A stretch of DNA of 64,000 nt from Candidatus Tenderia sp. (GTDB taxonomy: Bacteria > Pseudomonadota > Gammaproteobacteria > Tenderiales > Tenderiaceae): NCBI GenBank assembly GCA_031416075.1, contig JANOSY010000024.1, forward strand, positions 32,001 through 96,000, given 5' to 3'. Under the pieces are notes generated by a model that made no database searches, was not told the DNA's origin, and saw nothing but the letters and a program-made list of their open reading frames with translations. This document shows, piece by piece, positions 41,144 to 52,702 of the stretch. How positions within the stretch are numbered: position 1 is the first letter of the stretch; each line of letters starts with the position of its first letter. The translations under genes and the position numbers were made by a program.

Positions 41144-41806
41144 TTAACCCTTCAAAAAACCGTGTTCAGCCAGAAGTGCCAGTGATACCCCGATACCGTT
41201 AGCTGTTGCCGCCTGGTCACCCAGCAACAGCCGTTCCAGATAACGGGCCACCAGATCGACCTCGATATTAACGCGCCGCCCAACGTTATATTCATTGATT
41301 GTGGTAATCATGCCGGTATGCGGGATAATGTTGACCTCAAAAAGCGCACCATCAACCCGGTTCACCGTCAGACTGACACCATCAATACAGATCGAACCTT
41401 TCACCGCCACATATTTGGCCAGCCCATCGGGAATCCGCACACAAAAACATAACGACTCCCCCACCGGCTGGCGCGATTCAATGATCCCCACCCCGTCCAC
41501 ATGGCCGCTGACCAGGTGGCCACCCAGCCGTGTGGTGGGGGTCAGCGCCTTCTCCAGGTTCACCGCCCGACTAACCCTGAAATCCCCGAGGGTAGTTTTA
41601 TCGAGGGTCTCGGCAGAGACATCCATCGCCACATCAGTGGCGCTGAACTGCACCACCGTCAGACAGATACCATCCACGGCGATGCTATCGCCTAGCGCCA
41701 CATCACCCATATCAAGATCGCCCACAGCAATCGTCAAACGACGATCATTGCCCTTGGCTGCAAGCGCCTTGATGGTGCCACGTGCTTCGATGATTCCGGT
41801 AAACAT
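41144..41806 (-). CDS. ribE: Riboflavin synthase
   Basis: MFTGII, DGICLTV, RLGGHLVSGHVDG (named ribC in E. coli). Confidence 0.95.
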   Translation of the reverse strand: MFTGIIEARGTIKALAAKGNDRRLTIAVGDLDMGDVALGDSIAVDGICLTVVQFSATDVAMDVSAETLDKTTLGDFRVSRAVNLEKALTPTTRLGGHLVSGHVDGVGIIESRQPVGESLCFCVRIPDGLAKYVAVKGSICIDGVSLTVNRVDGALFEVNIIPHTGMITTINEYNVGRRVNIEVDLVARYLERLLLGDQAATANGIGVSLALLAEHGFLKG

Positions 41807-41930
41807 GCCGTTCCTCAAGTCTCAAATGTAGGCTGGGGTCACCCTAACGGGTACAAGCGATGCGCAGTACCACTGTCATACAAATCCACCATAACTATTC
41901 GAACATATCCAACTCAACCGTCACACTGTT

Positions 41931-43022
41931 TCAATGACGCGTTAATAACGTCAGGCGAATATCACCACCCACCTGCCGCACATCCTTCAACACCAGCGCC
42001 ACCCGCTGCTCCATTTTTTCCAATAGTGGAAGACGGATAAGGCCGCTGGCACCATCCCCCAGCAGATGCGGTGCCATATAGACCACCAGCTCATCGACCA
42101 ATCCTGCCGCGAGAAAAGCGCCACTCAATGTCGGTCCGGCCTCAATCAACACTTCGTTGTAGTGCAGATCATTGAACTGCCCCATGAGTCCATGGAGATC
42201 GAGTTTGCCATTTTCACTCAACAGTTCGATCACACCAATACCCGCTTGCTCCAGCGCTTCGCGAGACGCCTCATCGGGAGGGCTGGTGGCGATCCAGATC
42301 TGCCCCTCCTGCTGTAGTATCTGGGCATCCAGCGGGATTCGCAGTGCAGTGTCGAGCACTACCCGGTCCGGCTGTTTACACTCAAACGGTACACGTACGT
42401 TCAGACGCGGGTCATCGGCCAACACTGTGTTGATGCCAGTCACAATCACCGAACTACGCGCCCGCAGCCGCTGCACATCCTCGCGCGCCGCTTTGCCGGT
42501 AATCCATTTACTCTCACCACTGGCAAGCGCGGTACGGCCATCCAGACTCATCGCCAATTTGCAACGCACGTAGGGACGGCCACGGCTGAAGCGGGAGATA
42601 AAACCGGGGTTGAGTTGCCGCGCCTCTGCCTCCAGCAATCCAACAGCGGTCTCAATACCGGCCTGTTCCAACAGCGCCAATCCCCGTCCTGATACTTTTG
42701 GATTAGGGTCAACCATCGCCGCCACCACTCGTGCCACACCGGCATTCAACAGCGCCTCAGCACAGGGCGGGGTCCGGCCATAATGGCTGCACGGCTCCAA
42801 CGTCACATAGGCGGTAGCCGCCCGTGCCCGATCACCTGCCTGACGCAAGGCGTTAACCTCGGCATGTGGCTCACCGGCCCGTTCATGCCACCCCTCACCC
42901 ACCACCTCGTCATCACGCACAACGACACAACCAACCCGCGGATTGGGATCGGTGGTCCATAAACCACGTTCGGCCAGACGTAGCGCCTGGGCCATGTAGG
43001 TATAATCAGCGGTCGTAAACAT
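41931..43022 (-). CDS. ribD: Bifunctional riboflavin deaminase/reductase
   Basis: PNPRVGC, HAE, LEPCSHYGRTPPC, SLDGRTA…SKWIT. Confidence 0.97.
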   Translation of the reverse strand: MFTTADYTYMAQALRLAERGLWTTDPNPRVGCVVVRDDEVVGEGWHERAGEPHAEVNALRQAGDRARAATAYVTLEPCSHYGRTPPCAEALLNAGVARVVAAMVDPNPKVSGRGLALLEQAGIETAVGLLEAEARQLNPGFISRFSRGRPYVRCKLAMSLDGRTALASGESKWITGKAAREDVQRLRARSSVIVTGINTVLADDPRLNVRVPFECKQPDRVVLDTALRIPLDAQILQQEGQIWIATSPPDEASREALEQAGIGVIELLSENGKLDLHGLMGQFNDLHYNEVLIEAGPTLSGAFLAAGLVDELVVYMAPHLLGDGASGLIRLPLLEKMEQRVALVLKDVRQVGGDIRLTLLTRH

Positions 43023-43062
43023 ATAGGGAGATTACCTGATATACAGATCAGTAAAGCGACAA

Positions 43063-43593
43063 CTACTCATTGCCCTTCTTGGTTTTTTTCTGATCACTGT
43101 TGGGCAGCAGCGAGATCTGTTGGGCGGTCAGTTCAGCCGGTGCTTCGTTTTCGAGACGGTCTATCGCCTCACGAAAGGCGCTAACATCCTGAAAACTGCG
43201 ATAGACCGAGGCAAAACGGATATAGGCCACCTGGTCGAGCTGGGCCAGCGCCGCCATCACCCATTCTCCAAGACGACGTGACGGCACTTCCCGATCACCA
43301 GTGGCACGTAGCTGGTTTTTGATACGGCTGATCGCATCCTCAATCCGCTCAGTGGCCACCGGCCGCTTCTCCAGAGAGCGTTGCATACCGCGACGCAGCT
43401 TCTCTTCGTCAAACGGCTCGCGGATACCATCCTGTTTGACGATGCGCGGCAGCGCCAGCTCGGCGGTCTCAAAGGTGGTAAAGCGCTCAGCGCAGGTGAG
43501 GCACTCGCGCCGCCGCCGCACACTGTCACCTTCATTGGCGAGGCGTGAGTCGATCACCTTGGTCTCTTCGGCACCACAAAAGGGGCAACGCAT
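43063..43593 (-). CDS. nrdR: Transcriptional regulator NrdR
   Basis: MRCPFC…VIDSR…RRRRECLTC…RFTTFE; [12 protein letters not shown]. Confidence 0.97.
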   Translation of the reverse strand: MRCPFCGAEETKVIDSRLANEGDSVRRRRECLTCAERFTTFETAELALPRIVKQDGIREPFDEEKLRRGMQRSLEKRPVATERIEDAISRIKNQLRATGDREVPSRRLGEWVMAALAQLDQVAYIRFASVYRSFQDVSAFREAIDRLENEAPAELTAQQISLLPNSDQKKTKKGNE

Positions 43594-43617
43594 TGCGCTC
43601 TATTCCTCGCTTGGAGT

Positions 43618-44874
43618 TTAGCTAGCGTAAACCGGCAGACGCTTGCAGACCACGGCGACCTTTTCGCGCACCGCGTCGATCACTGCCTGTTCGCCCTTGG
43701 CGTCGATAATGTCGCAAATCCAACTCGTCAAATCACGACACTCATCCTCGCCAAAACCACGGGTGGTGATGGCGGGTGTGCCAACCCGGATACCAGAGGT
43801 GACAAAAGGCGACTGCGGGTCGTTAGGTACGCTGTTTTTGTTGATGGTGATATGGGCGTTGCCCAGCCACGCATCGATCTCTTTGCCGGTCAGCCCCTGT
43901 TTAATGAAGCTCACCAACATCAAGTGGTTGTCGGTACCACCAGAGACTATCTCAAAACCACGTTTAGTGAAGACGTCCGCCATCACCCGTGCATTTTTTA
44001 CTACCTGCTGCTGATAGGTTTTGAAACCAGGTTCCAGCGCCTCCTTGAAGGCCACCGCCTTAGCGGCGATGACATGCATCAGAGGGCCGCCCTGAATACC
44101 GGGGAAAACAACGGAGTTGAGCCTCTTTTCGATCTCGGGATTGGCCTTGGCGAGAATGATGCCGCCGCGTGGACCGCGCAATGTCTTGTGAGTGGTAGAG
44201 GTGGTAACGTCAGCAATGCTCACCGGGTTGGGATAGACACCCGCAGCAATCAGCCCCGCAACGTGGGCCATATCCACAAACAGATAGGCACCAACACTAT
44301 CGGCGATGTCGCGGAAACGCTGCCAATCCACTACTCGGGAGTAGGCGCTGAAACCGGCGATGATCATCTTTGGTTTGTGCTCTTTAGCCAGCGCGTCAAC
44401 CTGCTCGTAATCGATCTCACCGGTCGTCTCATCCAAACCGTATTGAATGGCGTTATAGATCTTGCCGGAAAAGCTGACCTTGGCGCCGTGGGTCAAGTGG
44501 CCGCCGTGGGCCAAACTCATGCCCAGCACGGTATCACCCGGTTGCAGCAGAGCCATGTAGACGGCGGCGTTGGCCTGGGAACCGGAGTGCGGCTGCACAT
44601 TGGCGTAACCAGCACCAAACAGCTCTTTGACGCGATCAATCGCCAGCTGCTCAGCCACATCCACAAACTCACAACCGCCGTAATAGCGTTTGCCCGGATA
44701 CCCTTCGGCATATTTATTGGTGAGAACGGACCCTTGGGCCTCCATCACTCGTGGGCTGGCGTAGTTCTCGGAGGCAATCAGTTCAATATGCACCTCCTGA
44801 CGCTCACGCTCGTGCTCCATCGCAGCCCACAGTTCTGCATCGTATCCAGCAATGGTCATATCGTTGGTAAACAT
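43618..44874 (-). CDS. glyA: Serine hydroxymethyltransferase
   Basis: [35 protein letters not shown]. Confidence 0.98.
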   Translation of the reverse strand: MFTNDMTIAGYDAELWAAMEHERERQEVHIELIASENYASPRVMEAQGSVLTNKYAEGYPGKRYYGGCEFVDVAEQLAIDRVKELFGAGYANVQPHSGSQANAAVYMALLQPGDTVLGMSLAHGGHLTHGAKVSFSGKIYNAIQYGLDETTGEIDYEQVDALAKEHKPKMIIAGFSAYSRVVDWQRFRDIADSVGAYLFVDMAHVAGLIAAGVYPNPVSIADVTTSTTHKTLRGPRGGIILAKANPEIEKRLNSVVFPGIQGGPLMHVIAAKAVAFKEALEPGFKTYQQQVVKNARVMADVFTKRGFEIVSGGTDNHLMLVSFIKQGLTGKEIDAWLGNAHITINKNSVPNDPQSPFVTSGIRVGTPAITTRGFGEDECRDLTSWICDIIDAKGEQAVIDAVREKVAVVCKRLPVYAS

Positions 44875-45019
44875 GGCGTTACATATCTCCGGCTAAGCTG
44901 AAAAGAGAAACTTGAAAGGGTTACTAGGATACCCGATTCGGGCCGGTTCTGCCTTAGGGTTAAGCCCGATAATTCGAATTTTCAGACAGCAGCCTAGAGC
45001 GGGCAGGAGTCCCACAGAA

Positions 45020-45408
45020 AAACTCCTGGAGATAGCGGACCAGCATGAGCATTTATTCAAGCTACGTCATGAGGCAGCTGATTGAACTACTATATGACAG
45101 CTGACCCACTCGGCAAAGACTGCCCTCTCCATATCCACGGCCATCTCACCAGCTCATCTAATCAAAGAGTCGATGGGTCGATCCGGTTGGTAGATGCCAA
45201 GCAGGATATCGACGAGATGGCGCATCACCCACCGGCAGCGCTACATCAAGCTGCTCAATATTTTACTACCAAATTCAGCACCATCCAGCAGCAGCTTAAT
45301 GCGTTTGCAAGCGAGAGCCAGCGGCTGGAAGATGAGCTGACCCGAGTCCACATGCTGCGCGTGACGGATGAGTTGACCCAGCTCCCCAGTCGCCGCGCCC
45401 TGATATAA
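45020..45408 (+). pseudogene. Diguanylate cyclase remnant (coiled coil plus first GGDEF-domain motif only)
   Basis: …SESQRLEDELTRVHMLRVTDELTQLPSRRALI* resembles TDxLTxLPNRR, then stops; no GGDEF motif; left boundary approximate. Confidence 0.55.
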
Positions 45409-45419
45409 CGACCTGAAAT

Positions 45420-45450
45420 AAAAAAGGCCCGCTTCAAGCGGGCCTTTTTT
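45420..45450. terminator. Bidirectional terminator downstream of secF
   Basis: AAAAAAGGCCCGCT-tca-AGCGGGCCTTTTTT. Confidence 0.9.
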
Positions 45451-45472
45451 GTTGTTATTACAAGTGCTCCCG

Positions 45473-46408
45473 TTACGGTGTGGAGTCGACCTCGGCACCC
45501 TCCTTCTCAACCACCACCAGATCAGTCTTGCTCACCCCCATCAGGATAACCAGACTACTGGCGATGAAGATGGATGAGTAGGTGCCGACCGCGATACCAA
45601 TGATCAGCGCCAGGGAGAACCCGTGGAGGGTGGTGCCACCGAAGAGGAAGAGTGAGACCACGACCAGCATGGTGGTACCGGAGGTCATGATAGTGCGTGA
45701 CAGCGTCTGGGTGACGGACTGATTGATGATCTCGGCCGCCGTTTCCTTGCGTACCTTACGGAAGGTTTCGCGGATACGATCGTAGACGACAACGGTGTCG
45801 TTGATCGAATAACCGATGATCGCCAGCACCGCCGCCAGCACCGTCAGATCGAACTCGATCCAGAAAATGGAGAAGACACCCACCATGATGATAACGTCGT
45901 GGAGGGTGGCGAGCACGGCGCCAACGGCGAAGCGGATCTCGTAACGGAAGTAGACATAGATCAAAATGCCAAACAGCGCCGCCAGGACCGCCAAACCGCC
46001 ATCCTCGGTCAGCTCATCGCCCACCTGCGGCCCGACAAACTCAATGCGACGCAATTCAACCTTGTGACCGTCAGCATTCAACGCCGCCAGCACCTTGTTG
46101 CTGATCTCGGCCGCCGCCGATTTACTTGGTGCCAGGCGGATCATGACATCCTGCGTGGTGCCAAAATGCTGCACAACCGCTCCGTCGAAACCACCCTTGG
46201 CCAGCGCACCCCGCACCTCCTGCAGGTCAGCCGACTGTTCATACCCCACCTCTATCAACGTGCCGCCAGTAAAGTCGATCCCCAGGTTCAAGCCACGGGT
46301 CGCCACCGAAACAACGGAGATGATCACCATGACCAACGCAACCAGCAGCGCCAGCTTGCGCTTGGCCATAAAGTCGATTGTATTTTTGACCTTGAAAAAT
46401 TCCATCAT
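45473..46408 (-). CDS. secF: Protein translocase subunit SecF
   Basis: GIDFTGGT, VGPQVG, GYSINDTVVVYDRIRE. Confidence 0.97.
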   Translation of the reverse strand: MMEFFKVKNTIDFMAKRKLALLVALVMVIISVVSVATRGLNLGIDFTGGTLIEVGYEQSADLQEVRGALAKGGFDGAVVQHFGTTQDVMIRLAPSKSAAAEISNKVLAALNADGHKVELRRIEFVGPQVGDELTEDGGLAVLAALFGILIYVYFRYEIRFAVGAVLATLHDVIIMVGVFSIFWIEFDLTVLAAVLAIIGYSINDTVVVYDRIRETFRKVRKETAAEIINQSVTQTLSRTIMTSGTTMLVVVSLFLFGGTTLHGFSLALIIGIAVGTYSSIFIASSLVILMGVSKTDLVVVEKEGAEVDSTP

Positions 46409-46416
46409 CCCTCTCC

Positions 46417-48276
46417 TTAAATCGACAGCTTCTTCACGCGGCGGCCGCCGTATGCCAGATTGACCAGCGCGCGAGTACCAAGTATGGCCGTGAACATGGA
46501 GGTGAGAATGCCGAGGCAGAGCACCACCGCAAACCCCTTGACCGGCCCCGACCCCAATCCAAAAAGGGTGATCCCGGCAATCAACGTGGTGATATTGGAG
46601 TCGGCGATAGTCGCGGCCGCCCGCTCGAAACCAGCGTGAATACTAGCCTGTGGCGAGTTGCCGTTACGTAGCTCCTCGCGGATACGTTCGTAGATCAACA
46701 CGTTGGCATCCACCGCCATACCAATGGTCAAGACAATACCAGCGATACCGGGCAGGGTCAGCGTCGCTTGCAACATTGACAACAATGCCGTGAGCAGCAC
46801 CAGATTCATCACCAAAGTGATGTTGGCAATCATGCCAAAGGCACGGTAATAGAGCACCATGAATGTCATCACCACGGCAAAACCGATCACCATCGATTTC
46901 ATGCCCATATCAATATTGTCCTGACCCAAGCTTGGGCCAACGGTACGCTCTTCGATAATTTCAAGCGGCGCTGAAAGGGCACCGGCACGCAGCAGCAGCG
47001 CCAGATCACGGGCTTCATTAGCGCCATCCAGGCCGGTGATCTGAAAACGTTTACTGAACGGTTCACGGATGCGGGCGAGGCTGATCACCTCCTCCACCTT
47101 CAGTTTTTGCTTCACCTCAACACCATCAACAATCTTGGTTTCAGTCTTACTTTCGACAAACACCACTGCCATCAGCTTGCCAACATTCTCTTTAGTGGTG
47201 TCGTGCATTTTGGTAGCGCCCGTACCATTCAGGGAGATAAATACCGCCGGGCTGGCATCAGTCTGATCCAGACCGGAAGAGGCATCAACAATCGAGTCAC
47301 CCGTGATAATAATATTTTTCTGCAGCAGTACCGGGTTACCGTTACGCTCTTTATATAGGCGTGAACCGACAGGCACACGACCGCCAATGGCATCCTGCAG
47401 ATCACCGGTCTCGTCCGCCATGCGGAAATCGAGGGTTGCGGTGGCACCCAGAATCTCCTTGGCACGAGCAGTATCCTGGACCCCCGGCAACTGCACCACA
47501 ATACGGTTTTCACCCTGCTGCTGGATCAGTGGTTCAGCCACACCCAGCTCGTTAATACGATTACGGAGTGTTGTTACGTTCTGCTGTACGGCCAGTTTGC
47601 GGGTTTCACGCATCTCCTGATCAGCCAGTTTTACGCTTATGAGAAACGCATCACCCTGCTCCTCATCCGCCAACATCAGATCACGAAACTCCTTGCGGAT
47701 CAGCGTCTCAGCACTCTTGCGATCCTCAACGCTGCGGAACTTGATCTGCACACCCCCCGCCGAGGCACGACCAATGGTGAGGTAACGAATTTTGCTGTCG
47801 CGCATCAAACCACGTATATCACCCACATAACGATCTTCAGCCATCTCAATAGCCGCATCGGTATCCACCTCCATCAGGAAGTGCACACCACCACGCAGGT
47901 CAAGCCCCAGATACATCGGCATTGCCCCCAGGGCACGCAGCCAGTCCGGCGTTGAAGGTGCCAGATTCAGGGCAACCACATACCCCTCATCGAGACTCTT
48001 TTTCAGTCCGTCGCGGGCCTTCAGCTGCTCTTCGGTATTATTAAAACGGACAATCAACCCCTGCGGCTCCAGGTCCATCGCCTTGGAGTCGATCTCCAGA
48101 CGCCGCAGCTGGGAGCGCACATCATCAACCGTCGCATCGGTGACGGCGGCACCACGAACAGATGAGATCTGGATGGCCGGATCCTCTCCATAAATATTTG
48201 GCAATGCGTAAAAAACACCAACCACCATCACAACGACGATCAGTAGATTTTTCCACCAGGGGTATTGATTAATCAT
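46417..48276 (-). CDS. secD: Protein translocase subunit SecD
   Basis: LGLDLRGGVHFL, RINELGVAEP, GMAVDANVLIYERIREE. Confidence 0.97.
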   Translation of the reverse strand: MINQYPWWKNLLIVVVMVVGVFYALPNIYGEDPAIQISSVRGAAVTDATVDDVRSQLRRLEIDSKAMDLEPQGLIVRFNNTEEQLKARDGLKKSLDEGYVVALNLAPSTPDWLRALGAMPMYLGLDLRGGVHFLMEVDTDAAIEMAEDRYVGDIRGLMRDSKIRYLTIGRASAGGVQIKFRSVEDRKSAETLIRKEFRDLMLADEEQGDAFLISVKLADQEMRETRKLAVQQNVTTLRNRINELGVAEPLIQQQGENRIVVQLPGVQDTARAKEILGATATLDFRMADETGDLQDAIGGRVPVGSRLYKERNGNPVLLQKNIIITGDSIVDASSGLDQTDASPAVFISLNGTGATKMHDTTKENVGKLMAVVFVESKTETKIVDGVEVKQKLKVEEVISLARIREPFSKRFQITGLDGANEARDLALLLRAGALSAPLEIIEERTVGPSLGQDNIDMGMKSMVIGFAVVMTFMVLYYRAFGMIANITLVMNLVLLTALLSMLQATLTLPGIAGIVLTIGMAVDANVLIYERIREELRNGNSPQASIHAGFERAAATIADSNITTLIAGITLFGLGSGPVKGFAVVLCLGILTSMFTAILGTRALVNLAYGGRRVKKLSI

Positions 48277-48322
48277 ATTTTAGGTACCCGGAACTTCCGC
48301 TGTTTCATGAGTGAATTGTGGG

Positions 48323-48652
48323 TTAAAGCTTCAAACTACCCTTAGGCAACAGTGAACCCACAGCATTCTTCTGTACCTGCACCTCAACACCGGTGGCAAT
48401 CTGCAATGTGATGAAGCTCTCATCCACCTTGGTGATACGACCCGCCAAACCACCCGTGGTCACCACTTCGTCATTTTTAGCCATGCCTGCGGTCATCTTT
48501 TTGTGCTCCTTGGCACGTTTGAGCTGAGGACGCAGCAACATGAAGTAGAAGATCACAAACAGTACCACCAGGAAAATGATATTGGCAAAACCTGGCTCCG
48601 CAGCGGCAGCGGGTGCCTGCTGGGCCATTGCATCAGTGATAAAAAAGCTCAT
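48323..48652 (-). CDS. yajC: Preprotein translocase subunit YajC
   Basis: FYFMLLRPQ.KR.KEH, DEVVTTGG; lies between tgt and secD. Confidence 0.96.
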   Translation of the reverse strand: MSFFITDAMAQQAPAAAAEPGFANIIFLVVLFVIFYFMLLRPQLKRAKEHKKMTAGMAKNDEVVTTGGLAGRITKVDESFITLQIATGVEVQVQKNAVGSLLPKGSLKL

Positions 48653-48750
48653 AACATCCTTCCCTAATTAATTAAAAACACAATTAAAACTGTTCGGCTA
48701 ATCGGCATACGCGCCTATTAATCAAGCGCCCCTGGCGCAAACGGCGCTCA

Positions 48751-50947
<2,197 letters not shown>

Positions 50948-51005
50948 GGCGCGGGATGTTATCAGTTTCGTTGGCGTCTAGCGAATCTGCGCGTCTGTTT
51001 TGGGC

Positions 51006-51033
51006 TTGCCGAATTAAATAAAGTCGTTATACT
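51006..51033 (+). promoter_or_regulatory. Stable-RNA-type sigma70 promoter for the tRNA
   Basis: TTGCCG-N16-TATACT followed by a GC-rich discriminator (ACGCGC). Confidence 0.7.
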
Positions 51034-51058
51034 ACGCGCTCCCGTTTAAATGGGGTTC

Positions 51059-51145
51059 GCCGGGATGGCGGAACTGGTAGACGCGCCGGACTCAAAATCC
51101 GGTTCTGGTGACAGAGTGCGAGTTCGATTCTCGCTCCCGGCACCA
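51059..51145 (+). tRNA. tRNA-Leu(CAA)
   Basis: Acceptor stem GCCGGGA/TCCCGGC plus ACCA; anticodon arm CCGGA-CTCAAAA-TCCGG; long variable arm; GTTCGA T-loop; 87 nt. Confidence 0.96.
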
Positions 51146-51210
51146 ACTTGAAACAGTCAAACACTCAACAGTGCTGCTGATTCGGTTGGTAATACTCCAT
51201 CCACTTAGTG

Positions 51211-52434
51211 TTATTCAAACCTGTACCCCCTGGGCACCACCACAATCCCCTCTGCCGAGACCTCAAACCGCTGGCGGTCCTGCGCCTGATCAAAGCCGAT
51301 CATGACCCCTTCTGGCACAGCCACATGTTTATCAATGATACAGCGGTTGATCTGTGAACCGCGGCCGATCGTTACCCCTTCAAAGAGCAGCGAGTCGTGC
51401 ACCATCGCCTCATCCCCGACAAACACATTATTGAACAGAATCGAGTGTTGAGCGCAGCCGCCAGAGATCACCGCGCCATTGGAGATGACCGAATTGATCG
51501 CAATCCCTTCGTTGCCCATGCGCCCCGCCACTGTGCGGGCCGGTGGGTGCTGCCCCGCATAGGTACGGATGGGCCACTCCTTTTGATATAAATTCATGGG
51601 CGGCACCTGATCCAATAGATCCATGTTTGCCTTGTAGTAGGCGTCGATCGTGCCTACATCGCGCCAATAACGGTCGGGCGAGACACGCCCCCCCTCGCCG
51701 CCAAACAGATAGCCATATATCTGGCCGCCAGCCAACATACGCGGAATAATATCCTTACCAAAATCGTGGCTGGAGTCGCTGCGCGCTTGGTCCTCTTCCA
51801 GCACCGCCAGAAGCCGCTTGAGCGAGAAAATATAGATCCCCATCGAGGCCAGGGCGCGCCCCTCGTGCCCATCCATCGCTGCTGGTTCGGCCGGCTTCTC
51901 AACAAAATCTGTCACCCGTTGCTGATCGTCCAGTGTCAGCACACCAAACTGGTGCGCCTCATTCAAAACCACATCCATACAGGCGATTGTCAGCTCTGCA
52001 CCACTGGTCTGATGGGCGTTCATCATCGGTGCATAGTCCATGCGGTAGATGTGATCCCCCGGCAGGATCATCACATGCTCGGCACCACTACGCTCCAGCA
52101 GATAGATATTCTGGTAGATGGCATCAGCCGTTCCCCCATACCAACGCTCACCTTTACGCATCTGTGGAGGTACCAGCGTAATGTATTCGCCCAGCTCCGG
52201 ATTGAATATCGACCAGCCATCACGCACATGTTTCTGCAGTGAGTGGGACTTATATTGCGTCAACATCAATACCCGCCGTACCCCCGAGTGCAGGCAGTTG
52301 GTCAGCACAAAATCGATAATGCGGTATTTGCCACCAAACGGCACCGCCGGTTTGGCGCGCTCCTCCGTCAATGGATGAAGACGTGATCCTGCCCCACCGG
52401 CGAGGATCACTGTCACTGTATTTGAGAAAGTCAT
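51211..52434 (-). CDS. glgC: Glucose-1-phosphate adenylyltransferase, second paralog
   Basis: [49 protein letters not shown]. Confidence 0.95.
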   Translation of the reverse strand: MTFSNTVTVILAGGAGSRLHPLTEERAKPAVPFGGKYRIIDFVLTNCLHSGVRRVLMLTQYKSHSLQKHVRDGWSIFNPELGEYITLVPPQMRKGERWYGGTADAIYQNIYLLERSGAEHVMILPGDHIYRMDYAPMMNAHQTSGAELTIACMDVVLNEAHQFGVLTLDDQQRVTDFVEKPAEPAAMDGHEGRALASMGIYIFSLKRLLAVLEEDQARSDSSHDFGKDIIPRMLAGGQIYGYLFGGEGGRVSPDRYWRDVGTIDAYYKANMDLLDQVPPMNLYQKEWPIRTYAGQHPPARTVAGRMGNEGIAINSVISNGAVISGGCAQHSILFNNVFVGDEAMVHDSLLFEGVTIGRGSQINRCIIDKHVAVPEGVMIGFDQAQDRQRFEVSAEGIVVVPRGYRFE

Positions 52435-52517
52435 AATGACTCCTGATCTGTTTTTATAATGTCCCTTACCGCGACGCCCCACCCGATAATCGCTGCTTGC
52501 GTTGAATCAACAACCAA

Positions 52518-52533
52518 AGCAGTAACCGTACCA
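52518..52533 (-). promoter_or_regulatory. Putative sigma54 (-24/-12) promoter for the second glgC
   Basis: Minus strand TGGTACGGTTACTGCT, GG-N10-GC spacing, about 85 nt upstream of the ATG. Confidence 0.55.
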
Positions 52534-52651
52534 GTGGCAGTCACTGCATAGGGATCATCCTGTTATCAAGATGACAAGGTGAATCCCGAGTCTCTCAAGC
52601 AGCCCCATTGAACCATGATAGGGCGCTGATCACCAAGATGGAGCAACCACC

Positions 52652-52682
52652 AATAAAAAGGGGCGCACTGCTGCGCCCCTTG
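52652..52682 (-). terminator. Rho-independent terminator for the lipoprotein gene
   Basis: Minus strand AAGGGGCGCA-gcag-TGCGCCCCTT-tttatt. Confidence 0.8.
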
Positions 52683-52702
52683 GGGTTTAACTGAATCAGG
52701 CT

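Noticed and set aside
41807-41930. Possible FMN riboswitch or GTAG-type REP between ribD and ribE
   Set aside because: No RFN consensus; only a degenerate GTAGGCTGGG fragment without a convincing palindrome
43852-44901. 349-aa antisense ORF over glyA, and similar long shadow ORFs over sucA, sucD, nadE, queA and glgC
   Set aside because: Fully antisense to conserved genes, no recognisable motifs; expected from codon bias
44875-45020. Possible ZTP riboswitch upstream of glyA
   Set aside because: Conserved GACUGG and CGCCUGGGC elements not found on the minus strand
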